Shown here piece by piece: positions 52,343-61,003 of a DNA stretch of 64,000 nucleotides. Origin of the DNA: Spirochaetota bacterium (GTDB lineage: Bacteria > Spirochaetota > UBA4802 > JAFGDQ01); the NCBI GenBank assembly GCA_043803405.1, contig JAZDKB010000010.1, positions 64,001-128,000 of the forward strand. Direction: 5' to 3'. Under the pieces are notes generated by a model. That model ran no database searches. It had not been told where the DNA came from and worked only from the letters and a program-made list of their open reading frames with translations. The position numbers were made by a program, and so were the translations under genes. How positions within the stretch are numbered: position 1 is the first letter of the stretch; each line of letters opens with the position of its first letter.

Positions 52343-53974
52343 ATGTTCTGTTTTCAATGTCAGGAAACTGCAAAAAACGAAGGATGCACAATTAGAGGCG
52401 TGTGCGGCAAAACCGAAGAGACTGCCAATCTTCAGGATCTGCTTTTATTTGTGCTCAGAGGGATTTCCGTGTATAGCGCGGAACTCGCAAGGAACGGCAA
52501 ACTTGATAAAGAAATCGGCCGCTTTATTATCAAAGGATTATTTGCCACTATAACCAATGCTAACTTCGATTCATCCAGGATCATTGAGCTTATTAAAGAG
52601 GGACTATCGATACGCAAAACATTACAGGAAAAAACCGGCCCGGTAAAACCAGGCCTTCACGATTCAGCAGTATGGTTTTCGGACGACATCAATGAATTCA
52701 ACTCAAAGGCAAAAGAGGTTGGTATACTCGCGACCAGAGACCAGGACGCGCGCTCGCTGCGCTCCCTGTTGCTTTTCGGATTAAAGGGCATAGGCGCTTA
52801 CGCGGAGCACGCAACTGTTCTGGGATTCGAAGACGACACCATCTACGGATTTCTTGCTGAAGCTCTCGAAAGCACTACAAAAGACCTCACGACAGATGAA
52901 ATGGTGAGCTGGGTATTAAAAGCCGGCGATGCTTCAGTGAAAACAATGGCGCTTCTGGATAAGGCTAACACCGAAACTTACGGGAATCCGGAAATAACCA
53001 AAGTTAATATCGGAGTAAGAAAAAATCCCGGTATTTTAATATCAGGTCATGATTTAAAAGATCTGCAGGAACTACTGGAACAGACAAAAGGCACGGACAT
53101 TGACGTATATACTCACGGCGAAATGCTGCCATCGCATTATTATCCTGCATTCAAAAAATATGATAATTTTGCCGGGAATTACGGCGGGTCGTGGTGGCAT
53201 CAGGATAAGGAGTTCGAGACATTCAATGGCCCCATTCTTATGACTACGAATTGCATTATCCCTGTTAAGGATTCGTATAAAGACAGAATATTTACAACAG
53301 GTATGACAGGTTATCCGGGAGTGAAACATATTGAAGACCGCAAGGTTAATGGCAAAAAAGATTTTTCCAGACTGATTGAGATTGCAAAAAAATGCAAACC
53401 GCCTGTCGAAATCGAAACCGGCGAAATCATCGGCGGATTCGCGCACGACCAGGTGTTCAAGCTCGCTGACAAGATTGTGGATGCTGTTAAGTCCGGTGCA
53501 ATAAAACGCTTTGTTGTAATGGCAGGCTGCGACGGCAGGCAGAAGCCGAGAAGTTATTTCACAGAAGTAGCTGAGAATCTGCCCAAGGATACAGTAATAC
53601 TTACAGCCGGATGCGCCAAGTACAGATACAATAAATTAAAACTGGGAGATATAGGCGGCATCCCCAGGGTGCTCGATGCAGGCCAGTGTAACGATTCCTA
53701 TTCGCTTGCTGTAATCGCCCTAAAGTTAAAGGAAGTATTTAACGCAAAAGATATAAATGATCTTCCGATTTCGTTTGATATTGCGTGGTACGAGCAAAAA
53801 GCAGTTGCAGTTCTGCTTGCTTTGCTTGCTCTCGGCTTTAAAGGAATACGGCTTGGACCGACACTTCCGGCATTCCTGTCGCCCGCTGTTGCGAAAGTGC
53901 TTGTAGATAATTTCGGAATAAAACCGACAGGCGAAGTGAAGGGTGATATTGAAGCAATGATGGCCGGGAAATAA
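52343..53974 (+). CDS. hcp: Hybrid cluster protein (hydroxylamine/NO reductase)
   Basis: MFCFQCQET...C...[46 protein letters not shown]. Confidence 0.97.
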   Translation: MFCFQCQETAKNEGCTIRGVCGKTEETANLQDLLLFVLRGISVYSAELARNGKLDKEIGRFIIKGLFATITNANFDSSRIIELIKEGLSIRKTLQEKTGPVKPGLHDSAVWFSDDINEFNSKAKEVGILATRDQDARSLRSLLLFGLKGIGAYAEHATVLGFEDDTIYGFLAEALESTTKDLTTDEMVSWVLKAGDASVKTMALLDKANTETYGNPEITKVNIGVRKNPGILISGHDLKDLQELLEQTKGTDIDVYTHGEMLPSHYYPAFKKYDNFAGNYGGSWWHQDKEFETFNGPILMTTNCIIPVKDSYKDRIFTTGMTGYPGVKHIEDRKVNGKKDFSRLIEIAKKCKPPVEIETGEIIGGFAHDQVFKLADKIVDAVKSGAIKRFVVMAGCDGRQKPRSYFTEVAENLPKDTVILTAGCAKYRYNKLKLGDIGGIPRVLDAGQCNDSYSLAVIALKLKEVFNAKDINDLPISFDIAWYEQKAVAVLLALLALGFKGIRLGPTLPAFLSPAVAKVLVDNFGIKPTGEVKGDIEAMMAGK

Positions 53975-53980
53975 AATATA

Positions 53981-54032
53981 AGCCGTAGAGACGCACGGCC
54001 GGGCGTCTCTACGGCCGTGGGTCTCTACGGCT
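53981..54032. repeat. REP-like palindrome copy D with duplicated right arm
   Basis: AGCCGTAGAGACGCAC-GGCC-GGGCGTCTCTACGGC-CGTGG-GTCTCTACGGCT. Confidence 0.85.
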
Positions 54033-54053
54033 AAATACAGAAGGGAGAAATCG

Positions 54054-54884
54054 ATGAAACGAAAAATTATAACTATAGATGAAGAAAAATGCAACGGATG
54101 CGGCCTTTGCATAACAGGCTGCCCGGAAGGCGCACTTCAGCTTATTGAAGGCAAAGCAAGGCTGGTAAGCGATTTCTTCTGCGACGGCCTTGGCGCATGC
54201 ATCGGGAACTGCCCGCAGAACGCCATTACAGTGACGGAACGCGATGCTGAAGCCTATGATGAAAAACGCGTCATGGCGAACATCGTGCGCCAGGGAGCAG
54301 CAACAGTGAAAGCGCATCTGCTGCATTTAATACAGCACGGCGAAACAGGTCTTTACAATGAAGCAATAGCGTACTTAAAAGAAAATAATATTACTATACC
54401 CGAACATAAAGCAGCGGAAAGTTGCGGACATGAATTTCACATCTGTCCGGGCTCTGCTGCAAAAAGCATTGAAAAAAAATCCGCAAAAAGCGATAAAGAT
54501 GATTCCGTGGGAATAGAATCAGAACTGCGCCAATGGCCTGTGCAGCTTATGCTGATAAATCCGGCTGCTCCCTATTTTGACAATGCAGATCTTTTAATAT
54601 CCGCGGACTGCGTCCCGTTCGCGCATGGAAATTTCCACAGAACATTTTTACGTGATAAAATCGTTATCATGTTCTGCCCGAAGCTTGATCCGCATATTGA
54701 ACAATATATTGAAAAAATGACTGCAATATTTACAGGCCATAAAATTAATTCAGTAACAATCGTTAAAATGGAAGTTCCGTGCTGTGGAGGAATTAATTTT
54801 GTCATAGAAGAGGCATTAAAACGATCCGGTAAAAAAATCCCTGTTAAAACATATATCATAAAAATCAATGGGGAAGCAGCGTAG
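54054..54884 (+). CDS. hcp-associated 4Fe-4S ferredoxin-domain protein
   Basis: CNGCGLCITGCP, CDGLGACIGNCP, CPGS, QWPVQL, ADC, CPKLD, MEVPCC. Confidence 0.9.
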   Translation: MKRKIITIDEEKCNGCGLCITGCPEGALQLIEGKARLVSDFFCDGLGACIGNCPQNAITVTERDAEAYDEKRVMANIVRQGAATVKAHLLHLIQHGETGLYNEAIAYLKENNITIPEHKAAESCGHEFHICPGSAAKSIEKKSAKSDKDDSVGIESELRQWPVQLMLINPAAPYFDNADLLISADCVPFAHGNFHRTFLRDKIVIMFCPKLDPHIEQYIEKMTAIFTGHKINSVTIVKMEVPCCGGINFVIEEALKRSGKKIPVKTYIIKINGEAA

Positions 54885-54890
54885 AATCTA

Positions 54891-55448
54891 TCATTCTTTT
54901 TTAGCGGTTTGTCTCCCGAATATTGTAAAATATTTTTTATGGCTTATGAATCCTCTTCGGTGCGAATGAACATTTTCTATTGTAATATAAGCATTCGGCT
55001 CAAGGGCATTTGTCATTTCCATGATTTTTTTCACGTTCTTTTTTCTTACAACAGTATAAATAATCTGTATTTCGCCTTTAGTGCCTTTCCCGTTCACAAT
55101 AGATATGTCGAAACCTTCGTCTTTAAGCATCATAGGAAGGGCAGTTACTTTTTCGCTCGTAATGATCCTGATAGACTGAAACCCGATTGATAATCTCGAC
55201 TCTATGAGCATGCCTATGTAATTGCCAGCTGCGAAGCCGCCGGCATAGCTTAAATAGCTGAAAATGCCGCTTAAATTATTCAGCGCCTTTCCGATCGCAG
55301 TCAGCCAGATCAATATCTCCACAAAAGCAAGCACAGGCGTTATCCTTCTATGTCCCTGCGATATAAGGATTATCCTGATAGTGCCTATGGACACGTCGAC
55401 GATCCTGGCAAAAAAAATGTACAATAAAGCAACATATTCCTCACTCAT
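54891..55448 (-). CDS. UPF0316/DUF2179 membrane protein
   Basis: IFFARIVDVSIGTIR, AFVEILIW, YAGGFAAGNYIG, PNAYI. Confidence 0.85.
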   Translation of the reverse strand: MSEEYVALLYIFFARIVDVSIGTIRIILISQGHRRITPVLAFVEILIWLTAIGKALNNLSGIFSYLSYAGGFAAGNYIGMLIESRLSIGFQSIRIITSEKVTALPMMLKDEGFDISIVNGKGTKGEIQIIYTVVRKKNVKKIMEMTNALEPNAYITIENVHSHRRGFISHKKYFTIFGRQTAKKE

Positions 55449-55504
55449 AATTATCTTTCTTTATCCTCCGGTTTATGCATATTTATTTGTATAGCTTGAT
55501 AATA

Positions 55505-55532
55505 AAATACCCCGTCTATCGCCGGGGTATTT
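55505..55532 (-). terminator. Probable intrinsic terminator
   Basis: Minus strand AAATACCCCG-N8-CGGGGTATTT then TATT, downstream of 55561..55797. Confidence 0.65.
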
Positions 55533-55560
55533 GTAAAAATTATCATTCTTAAGATAATAA

Positions 55561-55797
55561 TTATTTATTTTCATCCGGATTATCCGGTTCCGGCTGATTT
55601 ATAGACTCGCCAGGAACAAAGTCATCCTGTTCCTCGCCGGGTTCCTGATAAATATCCGGCGGAGGTTCAGCATCCATGTCGTTCTGGCAGGCTTTGATCT
55701 CATTGTAATATATATGGGAAACAAAACCGGCCTTCGCATTTATAGAACAAAATAAAATAAGTATAATACCAAAAAATAATTTTTTTAAACTAATCAT
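55561..55797 (-). CDS. Small secreted acidic/Pro-rich hypothetical protein
   Basis: Signal peptide ending AKA, acidic tail, own terminator. Confidence 0.6.
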   Translation of the reverse strand: MISLKKLFFGIILILFCSINAKAGFVSHIYYNEIKACQNDMDAEPPPDIYQEPGEEQDDFVPGESINQPEPDNPDENK

Positions 55798-55902
55798 AAT
55801 ATGAACCTTATCTTTATTACATTAAAAGTATAATTTACTTTTTACATACTTGTCAATTATTTTCCTGAAAGGGAAGCGAATCAATATTCAGTTGTTCAAG
55901 AA

Positions 55903-56751
55903 TCATTTTACTGCATAAACTTCAATAGTATCGGAAAAAGACAGTAGCCTTGAGATGCCGGAATAGACTGTTTTAAATGGCATAAAAAAAACGGAATTTT
56001 GGGAGATAATCCTTTCCGGATGTATCCCGCCCGGGAAAACATAAACAGTCCGGAATCCCATGCCTTTTAAAAATTTTTTCACAGTACCGGGTGAAAAATC
56101 TATCCTGTGGTCAAAAGGGTGCGTTTTAAACCAGGCTGAACGATCAAATAAAAACTGTGGGCCGAAAAAAGACGGAGTTGAAAACGCGAAAACCCCGCCT
56201 CTTTTAATCGACTTAGATATTTTCTTTACAGCGCCTGAAGGATCAGCAGCATGCTCTAAAAAATACCATGCGGTTATTATGTCAAACATTTCAGGTATGT
56301 TAACATCATCGAATGAAGAATTGATAACGTTTAATTGAAGTTTTTCAGCACAATATTTTGAAGCATATTCCGATATCTCAATTCCGAGAACATCTTTTAT
56401 GCCGGAATCCGATGCTGCCTTTAAAAAAAAGCCCATAGCAGAACCGATATCCAGCAGGCTTATTTTGCCGGTATTTTTAATTATCTTTAATATTCTTTTG
56501 ATTCTGCGGATAGAAACGGAATATATACTGTTAAAATCCTCTAAGTATGTTTTCCCGTATTGATCTTTATACTGAGAAGTAAAATAGCTGTCGTCGTATT
56601 CCGCATTTCTGTGCTTTGCATTAAATATTATGCCGCATCTGCAGCATTTAAAAAGAGATATATGATTATCATATATCTCTTTTACAAATTCAGATACGCA
56701 TAATGGACAGACCGATTCAGAGAGGTTTATTTTATCCGAATCATTTGTCAT
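55903..56751 (-). CDS. Class I SAM-dependent methyltransferase with N-terminal Zn ribbon
   Basis: CPLC...CCRCG, LLDIGSAMG, GIEIS, FDIITAWYFLEH. Confidence 0.88.
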   Translation of the reverse strand: MTNDSDKINLSESVCPLCVSEFVKEIYDNHISLFKCCRCGIIFNAKHRNAEYDDSYFTSQYKDQYGKTYLEDFNSIYSVSIRRIKRILKIIKNTGKISLLDIGSAMGFFLKAASDSGIKDVLGIEISEYASKYCAEKLQLNVINSSFDDVNIPEMFDIITAWYFLEHAADPSGAVKKISKSIKRGGVFAFSTPSFFGPQFLFDRSAWFKTHPFDHRIDFSPGTVKKFLKGMGFRTVYVFPGGIHPERIISQNSVFFMPFKTVYSGISRLLSFSDTIEVYAVK

Positions 56752-57232
56752 TTTTTTTCTTTTTTGCCGGCTCTACTACAATGGGAACGCCCCTGATCCT
56801 TGTTTTATCCAGAGAAACAAGAACCATTTCGGCGAATTGTTCAGGGACTTCAAAAAAAGAGTAAGTAGAATAAATATCGATTTTACCTATCTGCTTTCCC
56901 TCAATGCCTGTTTTTTTAACTATTTCCCTGATCAGATCGCCGGGTGCAAGGCGGTGGTTTTTTCCTATATTGATAAATAATCTTGCCTTACCGTTTTTAA
57001 CGTCTTCGAAATAAATTTTTCCGGTCTCGGATTTTTTCACCCTGTCTTCCAGAGACAGGTCAAGCTTGGAAATGTCGCCCAGGGATTCTTTCAAAAGAGC
57101 TAAAGCGATTCTGCTCGTTCCCACTAAAAAAGGAAGTTTCTTTTTAAGTGCTTTTAACACTTTCTGATAATCGGATAAATCGTCGTTTAGCGCCGTGTTC
57201 AGTATCTGCTCCAATTTCTTTTCCTGCATCAT
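56741..57232 (-). CDS. Stand-alone DbpA-type RNA-binding domain protein
   Basis: RLFINIGK...PGDL...IGKIDIYSTYSFFEVP; no helicase motifs. Confidence 0.85.
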   Translation of the reverse strand: MMQEKKLEQILNTALNDDLSDYQKVLKALKKKLPFLVGTSRIALALLKESLGDISKLDLSLEDRVKKSETGKIYFEDVKNGKARLFINIGKNHRLAPGDLIREIVKKTGIEGKQIGKIDIYSTYSFFEVPEQFAEMVLVSLDKTRIRGVPIVVEPAKKKKNDK

Positions 57233-57326
57233 AAATTATCCTCACAACTCACATGGGTCGTTATATTTAATTAAAATCGACATTAATTATTGTATGTTTA
57301 AAAATTAATCAAGCAATTTTCTGTTG

Positions 57327-57980
57327 CTATCTGCATCTGTATCCTACATTCCGGACTGTTTCAATAATTGAGTTGAATTCATCGCCCAGCTTCCCGCGCA
57401 GCCTTCTTATGTGCACATCTACTGTTCTTGTGCCTCCGATATAGTCCAGTCCCCAGATTTTATTCAAAAGATCCTTTCTGGAGAAAACAATGCTTTTATT
57501 TTCGGCGAATAATCGCAAAAGTTCAAATTCCTTATATGTAAAATCCTGTTTAATATTATTAATGTAAACTGAATATTCCTTAAGGTTAATTTTAATATTC
57601 CCAATAATTATTATATCTTCATTGTTTAAAAGATTATTACCCCATAATATTTTTTTAATGCGTACAGTAAGCTCTTCTTTCCTGAAGGGATAGATTATAA
57701 AATCATCGAAAAACCACTCAAAATCCAGAGTCGGGATTGTGCTTGTCGTAAGAATAAGAAGAACAGGCATTTCGCGGATTTTTTTTCTGATTCTGGAAAG
57801 ATGGAATTGCGCGCTTTCTATAGTTTTAAAATAATCGAAGTCCACACAGAGAATAAGCAGATCTTCAGATTTAATAGCATCTAAAGATTTATAGGGCCTT
57901 GTACTGAAGCCGGCCACATTATCTTTAAAATAATCTGCGAGTTCGGCGTTGTTTGATAATAATCCGACATTAGCTTCCAC
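57327..57980 (-). CDS. OmpR-type winged-helix regulator with atypical receiver (GlnR-like)
   Basis: TYKEFELL, SRKDLL...WG, RTVDVHIRRLRGKL, IETVRNVGY; GTG start. Confidence 0.88.
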   Translation of the reverse strand: MEANVGLLSNNAELADYFKDNVAGFSTRPYKSLDAIKSEDLLILCVDFDYFKTIESAQFHLSRIRKKIREMPVLLILTTSTIPTLDFEWFFDDFIIYPFRKEELTVRIKKILWGNNLLNNEDIIIIGNIKINLKEYSVYINNIKQDFTYKEFELLRLFAENKSIVFSRKDLLNKIWGLDYIGGTRTVDVHIRRLRGKLGDEFNSIIETVRNVGYRCR

Positions 57981-57981
57981 G

Positions 57982-59133
57982 TTATTCTCCGGATGCAGCA
58001 GCTTTAAATATTTTTATATAACTATCAGCGATTTTTCCTGCGTAAAAATCTTTTACTTTAATTTTATTATTTTCCGATAATTTTTTATACAATTTTTTAT
58101 CTTTATGTAAAAGCAAAATACCATCAGCGCAGGCATCTATGTCTCCCACATTAATTACAATCGCATTTTGTTTGTTTTTTAAAAAATCAACCTGCCCTCC
58201 TTCGTTTGAGCAAATTACCGGCAGCCCGCAATGCATTGCCTCCATGTAAACGATCCCGAATCCTTCGTGCATCGATGTTAGCGTAAACAAGTCAGCCACA
58301 GAAAGATATTTATACTTTTGTCCATCGTCGACAAATCCCAGAAAAATGACTCTTTTATTTAGATTTAACTCGGACACCAGCCTTTCAAGATTTTCCTTTT
58401 CGGGCCCGTCTCCTATTATGAACAGTTTGAATTTATCGGACGGTATTTTTTTTAACGCTCGTATTAAAACGTCAATTGCTTTTCTTTTAACGAGCCTTCC
58501 GCATGTGGTTAAAATAAAGTCATCTTTATTTATTTTTAAATCGCTTCTCTTTATTTTGCCGATAGCAGGTGGATGAAAAGGCAGGGGTATAATATGAATT
58601 TTTTTATTAGGATTATAATATTTTACGGCATTAGCGGCAGTATTGCTTGACTGGGCTACAAGCGCGTCCGCCCTGTTAAACAGGTATTTTACGATCGCGG
58701 ACCAGAACCTGCTTTTATGAGGCGACATTTTTTTGCTTGGATCGTAAATTTCTCCGCCGTGAAGTGAAACAACATTAGGAACCTTAAATATTTTTCCCAG
58801 CAGAAAACCGACAGGTCCCGAAGGGATCACGAAATGAGTATTAATAACTGAATACCTGTTTTTACGCATCAGAATTATTCCTTTAATAAATGCGCCAGGC
58901 AGATAAGTCAGCAAAGAAAGGAATGTTGCCGCGTCCCTGGATTTTCTGAAAAATATTTTTACCCTGTGAATATTTACATTATCAACTTTTTCAAATCTTT
59001 TCAGTCCCCTGAAAGATGAAGTTATCACGTCAACCTGATCATGTTTTGCCCATTCAATAGCCAGATCGCGCGTTGCTACTCCGCCTCCACCCCCCAGCGG
59101 CGGGTATTCGTAATTTATTACCAGTATTTTCAT
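57982..59133 (-). CDS. Glycosyltransferase family 4
   Basis: YEYPPLGGGGG, GRLVKRK, GDGPE, EGFGIVYMEAM. Confidence 0.92.
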   Translation of the reverse strand: MKILVINYEYPPLGGGGGVATRDLAIEWAKHDQVDVITSSFRGLKRFEKVDNVNIHRVKIFFRKSRDAATFLSLLTYLPGAFIKGIILMRKNRYSVINTHFVIPSGPVGFLLGKIFKVPNVVSLHGGEIYDPSKKMSPHKSRFWSAIVKYLFNRADALVAQSSNTAANAVKYYNPNKKIHIIPLPFHPPAIGKIKRSDLKINKDDFILTTCGRLVKRKAIDVLIRALKKIPSDKFKLFIIGDGPEKENLERLVSELNLNKRVIFLGFVDDGQKYKYLSVADLFTLTSMHEGFGIVYMEAMHCGLPVICSNEGGQVDFLKNKQNAIVINVGDIDACADGILLLHKDKKLYKKLSENNKIKVKDFYAGKIADSYIKIFKAAASGE

Positions 59134-59366
59134 CTAATCGTTTTTTGCTTCCTTATTCTTTGTTTTTTTAAAAATAATCTTTCAGCAGATCCTCATACTT
59201 CGGAATATCAATTATTAAAAACATTTATAACTATAATATCGAAAAATAGTAAAGTTGTTTTTTATTATATTTGACAATGACAATATTTTATATTGACACG
59301 CTCTAAAAGATATAATAGCATGATTTTCGCTGCAAATTGAATAAAGGTATTGTAAAATTAAACTTT

Positions 59367-60173
59367 ATGGCGAGACGATTATTAATTTGTCTTTTTGTCA
59401 CATGTCTTTTCAGCGCTGTTTTTATTAAGGCTGCTCTTTCATCGGAATTCGATGAGCTCGACAAGCCTCCGGAGGGCGCTCACGAAGGCCAGATGTTTCT
59501 GGGCGCATTTTTTTCGTTCGGATGGCCTCAAAGCGAGCTGATTAATGCAGAGGACAAATTTGTTCAGGGATCATATTATACATTCGAAAACGGTATATCC
59601 AAAGAAATGCAGCTTTCTCATCAATGCTATGTACTTGGCGCTTCATTCGAATACATGCCTTTAGACCATTTGGGTGCAGGCATAAGTTTGCGGAGAACAT
59701 ACCTTGTTCAGAGCACTGCTTTCGGTTCGGAATATGAGAACTGGAAAGGATACCTCTACAGAGATATCGCTTTATATATAAATCCGGCTTTTCATGCAAC
59801 AAGCAGAAAAAGCTGGGACTTTGTTTTAAGCCCGAAGATAGGATACTCCATAGCGAAATACAACGCGACTCCGGTTGCTAAAAAAATTCTGGAGAAGTAT
59901 GCGGTCGGTTCTACACCTGCTGAAAAGTACAGGGGCGATACTGCAAGGGAATCAAAGGGATTCTCTTATGGAGCGGAATTGAACTGCACTCTTTATTTTA
60001 CCGGCGGCCTTTATGTTTCAATAGGCGGCGAGTGGATACGGAATACGCTTAAATTCGACAAGGGATTCGATTTAACCAATCCTCAAACAGATGCTGTTTA
60101 TACGGGAAAAACATCCGCAACATTAGATACATACAGCGTCATTATTAAAGCAGGATACGCATTCTCAAATTAA
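59367..60173 (+). CDS. Probable outer-membrane beta-barrel protein
   Basis: Signal peptide, amphipathic strands, C-terminal KAGYAF; ATG 59367 preferred over TTG 59337. Confidence 0.7.
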   Translation: MARRLLICLFVTCLFSAVFIKAALSSEFDELDKPPEGAHEGQMFLGAFFSFGWPQSELINAEDKFVQGSYYTFENGISKEMQLSHQCYVLGASFEYMPLDHLGAGISLRRTYLVQSTAFGSEYENWKGYLYRDIALYINPAFHATSRKSWDFVLSPKIGYSIAKYNATPVAKKILEKYAVGSTPAEKYRGDTARESKGFSYGAELNCTLYFTGGLYVSIGGEWIRNTLKFDKGFDLTNPQTDAVYTGKTSATLDTYSVIIKAGYAFSN

Positions 60174-60265
60174 ACCTGATTCAGAAAACAATAATATTGA
60201 ATTTTAATTCGGACGATATATTTGACGCTCTTCTTTTTTAACTATCTTTGAGCGCTTACCAAATC

Positions 60266-61003
60266 CTATTTTTTTTCTGCCGCGGTCTTCTGCTTAATAC
60301 GTTTCAGGTTAGCCTGAATAACAGTATTCTCCGGAGCCTTATCATTCGCTTTTTCTAGTAATCTTAACGCTTCATCATTTTTGCCCACTAGCTCAAGGTT
60401 TACGGCTGTATTGTTAAGGACTTCGGCTGATCCGGGCATTACTGCAAGAGCTGCGGAAAAAGCGGTTCCTGCCTCGCTGTATTTTTTAAGCTCCATTAAA
60501 GTAATGCCAAGGTCATTATATGCTATCCAGAATTCCGGATCAAAAGAGATCACTTTTTCCAGGTATTCTTTTGCTTTAACAAAGTTTCTTGCTTTCATTG
60601 CGGATTTTCCCAGCACATAATACGGCATTGGGCCTTCGGCTATTTTTGCAGCTCCGGCAGCGGAAAAGTTGGCATCTCCGTATCTTTTGTTTTCAAGCAT
60701 CATTAGCGCGAGATCAATATAAGAATCAGGGCTGGTTTTTTTAATTTCCGCGCATCTCCTGAAATGCCCTATGGCAGCCTGAATATTTCCCATTTTCCAG
60801 TGATTATGAGCAGCAAGAAATCTTAAATCGTAATTCGGAGAATTGTTTTCCATATCTTTTTTCGGATCAAGTTCTTTGGCAATTATTGCAAGAGATTCCT
60901 TGTATTTTTTCGTTTCGTACAAAGAAAGCGCTTCTTTATAGGAAGCGGACACAATTGAATTTATTGAAATAACAAAAATAATAACTGATATTAATTTTTT
61001 CAT
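60266..61003 (-). CDS. Exported TPR-repeat protein
   Basis: Signal peptide; TPR patterns such as YYVLG...A and AYNDLG...A...F..AL...P. Confidence 0.85.
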   Translation of the reverse strand: MKKLISVIIFVISINSIVSASYKEALSLYETKKYKESLAIIAKELDPKKDMENNSPNYDLRFLAAHNHWKMGNIQAAIGHFRRCAEIKKTSPDSYIDLALMMLENKRYGDANFSAAGAAKIAEGPMPYYVLGKSAMKARNFVKAKEYLEKVISFDPEFWIAYNDLGITLMELKKYSEAGTAFSAALAVMPGSAEVLNNTAVNLELVGKNDEALRLLEKANDKAPENTVIQANLKRIKQKTAAEKK

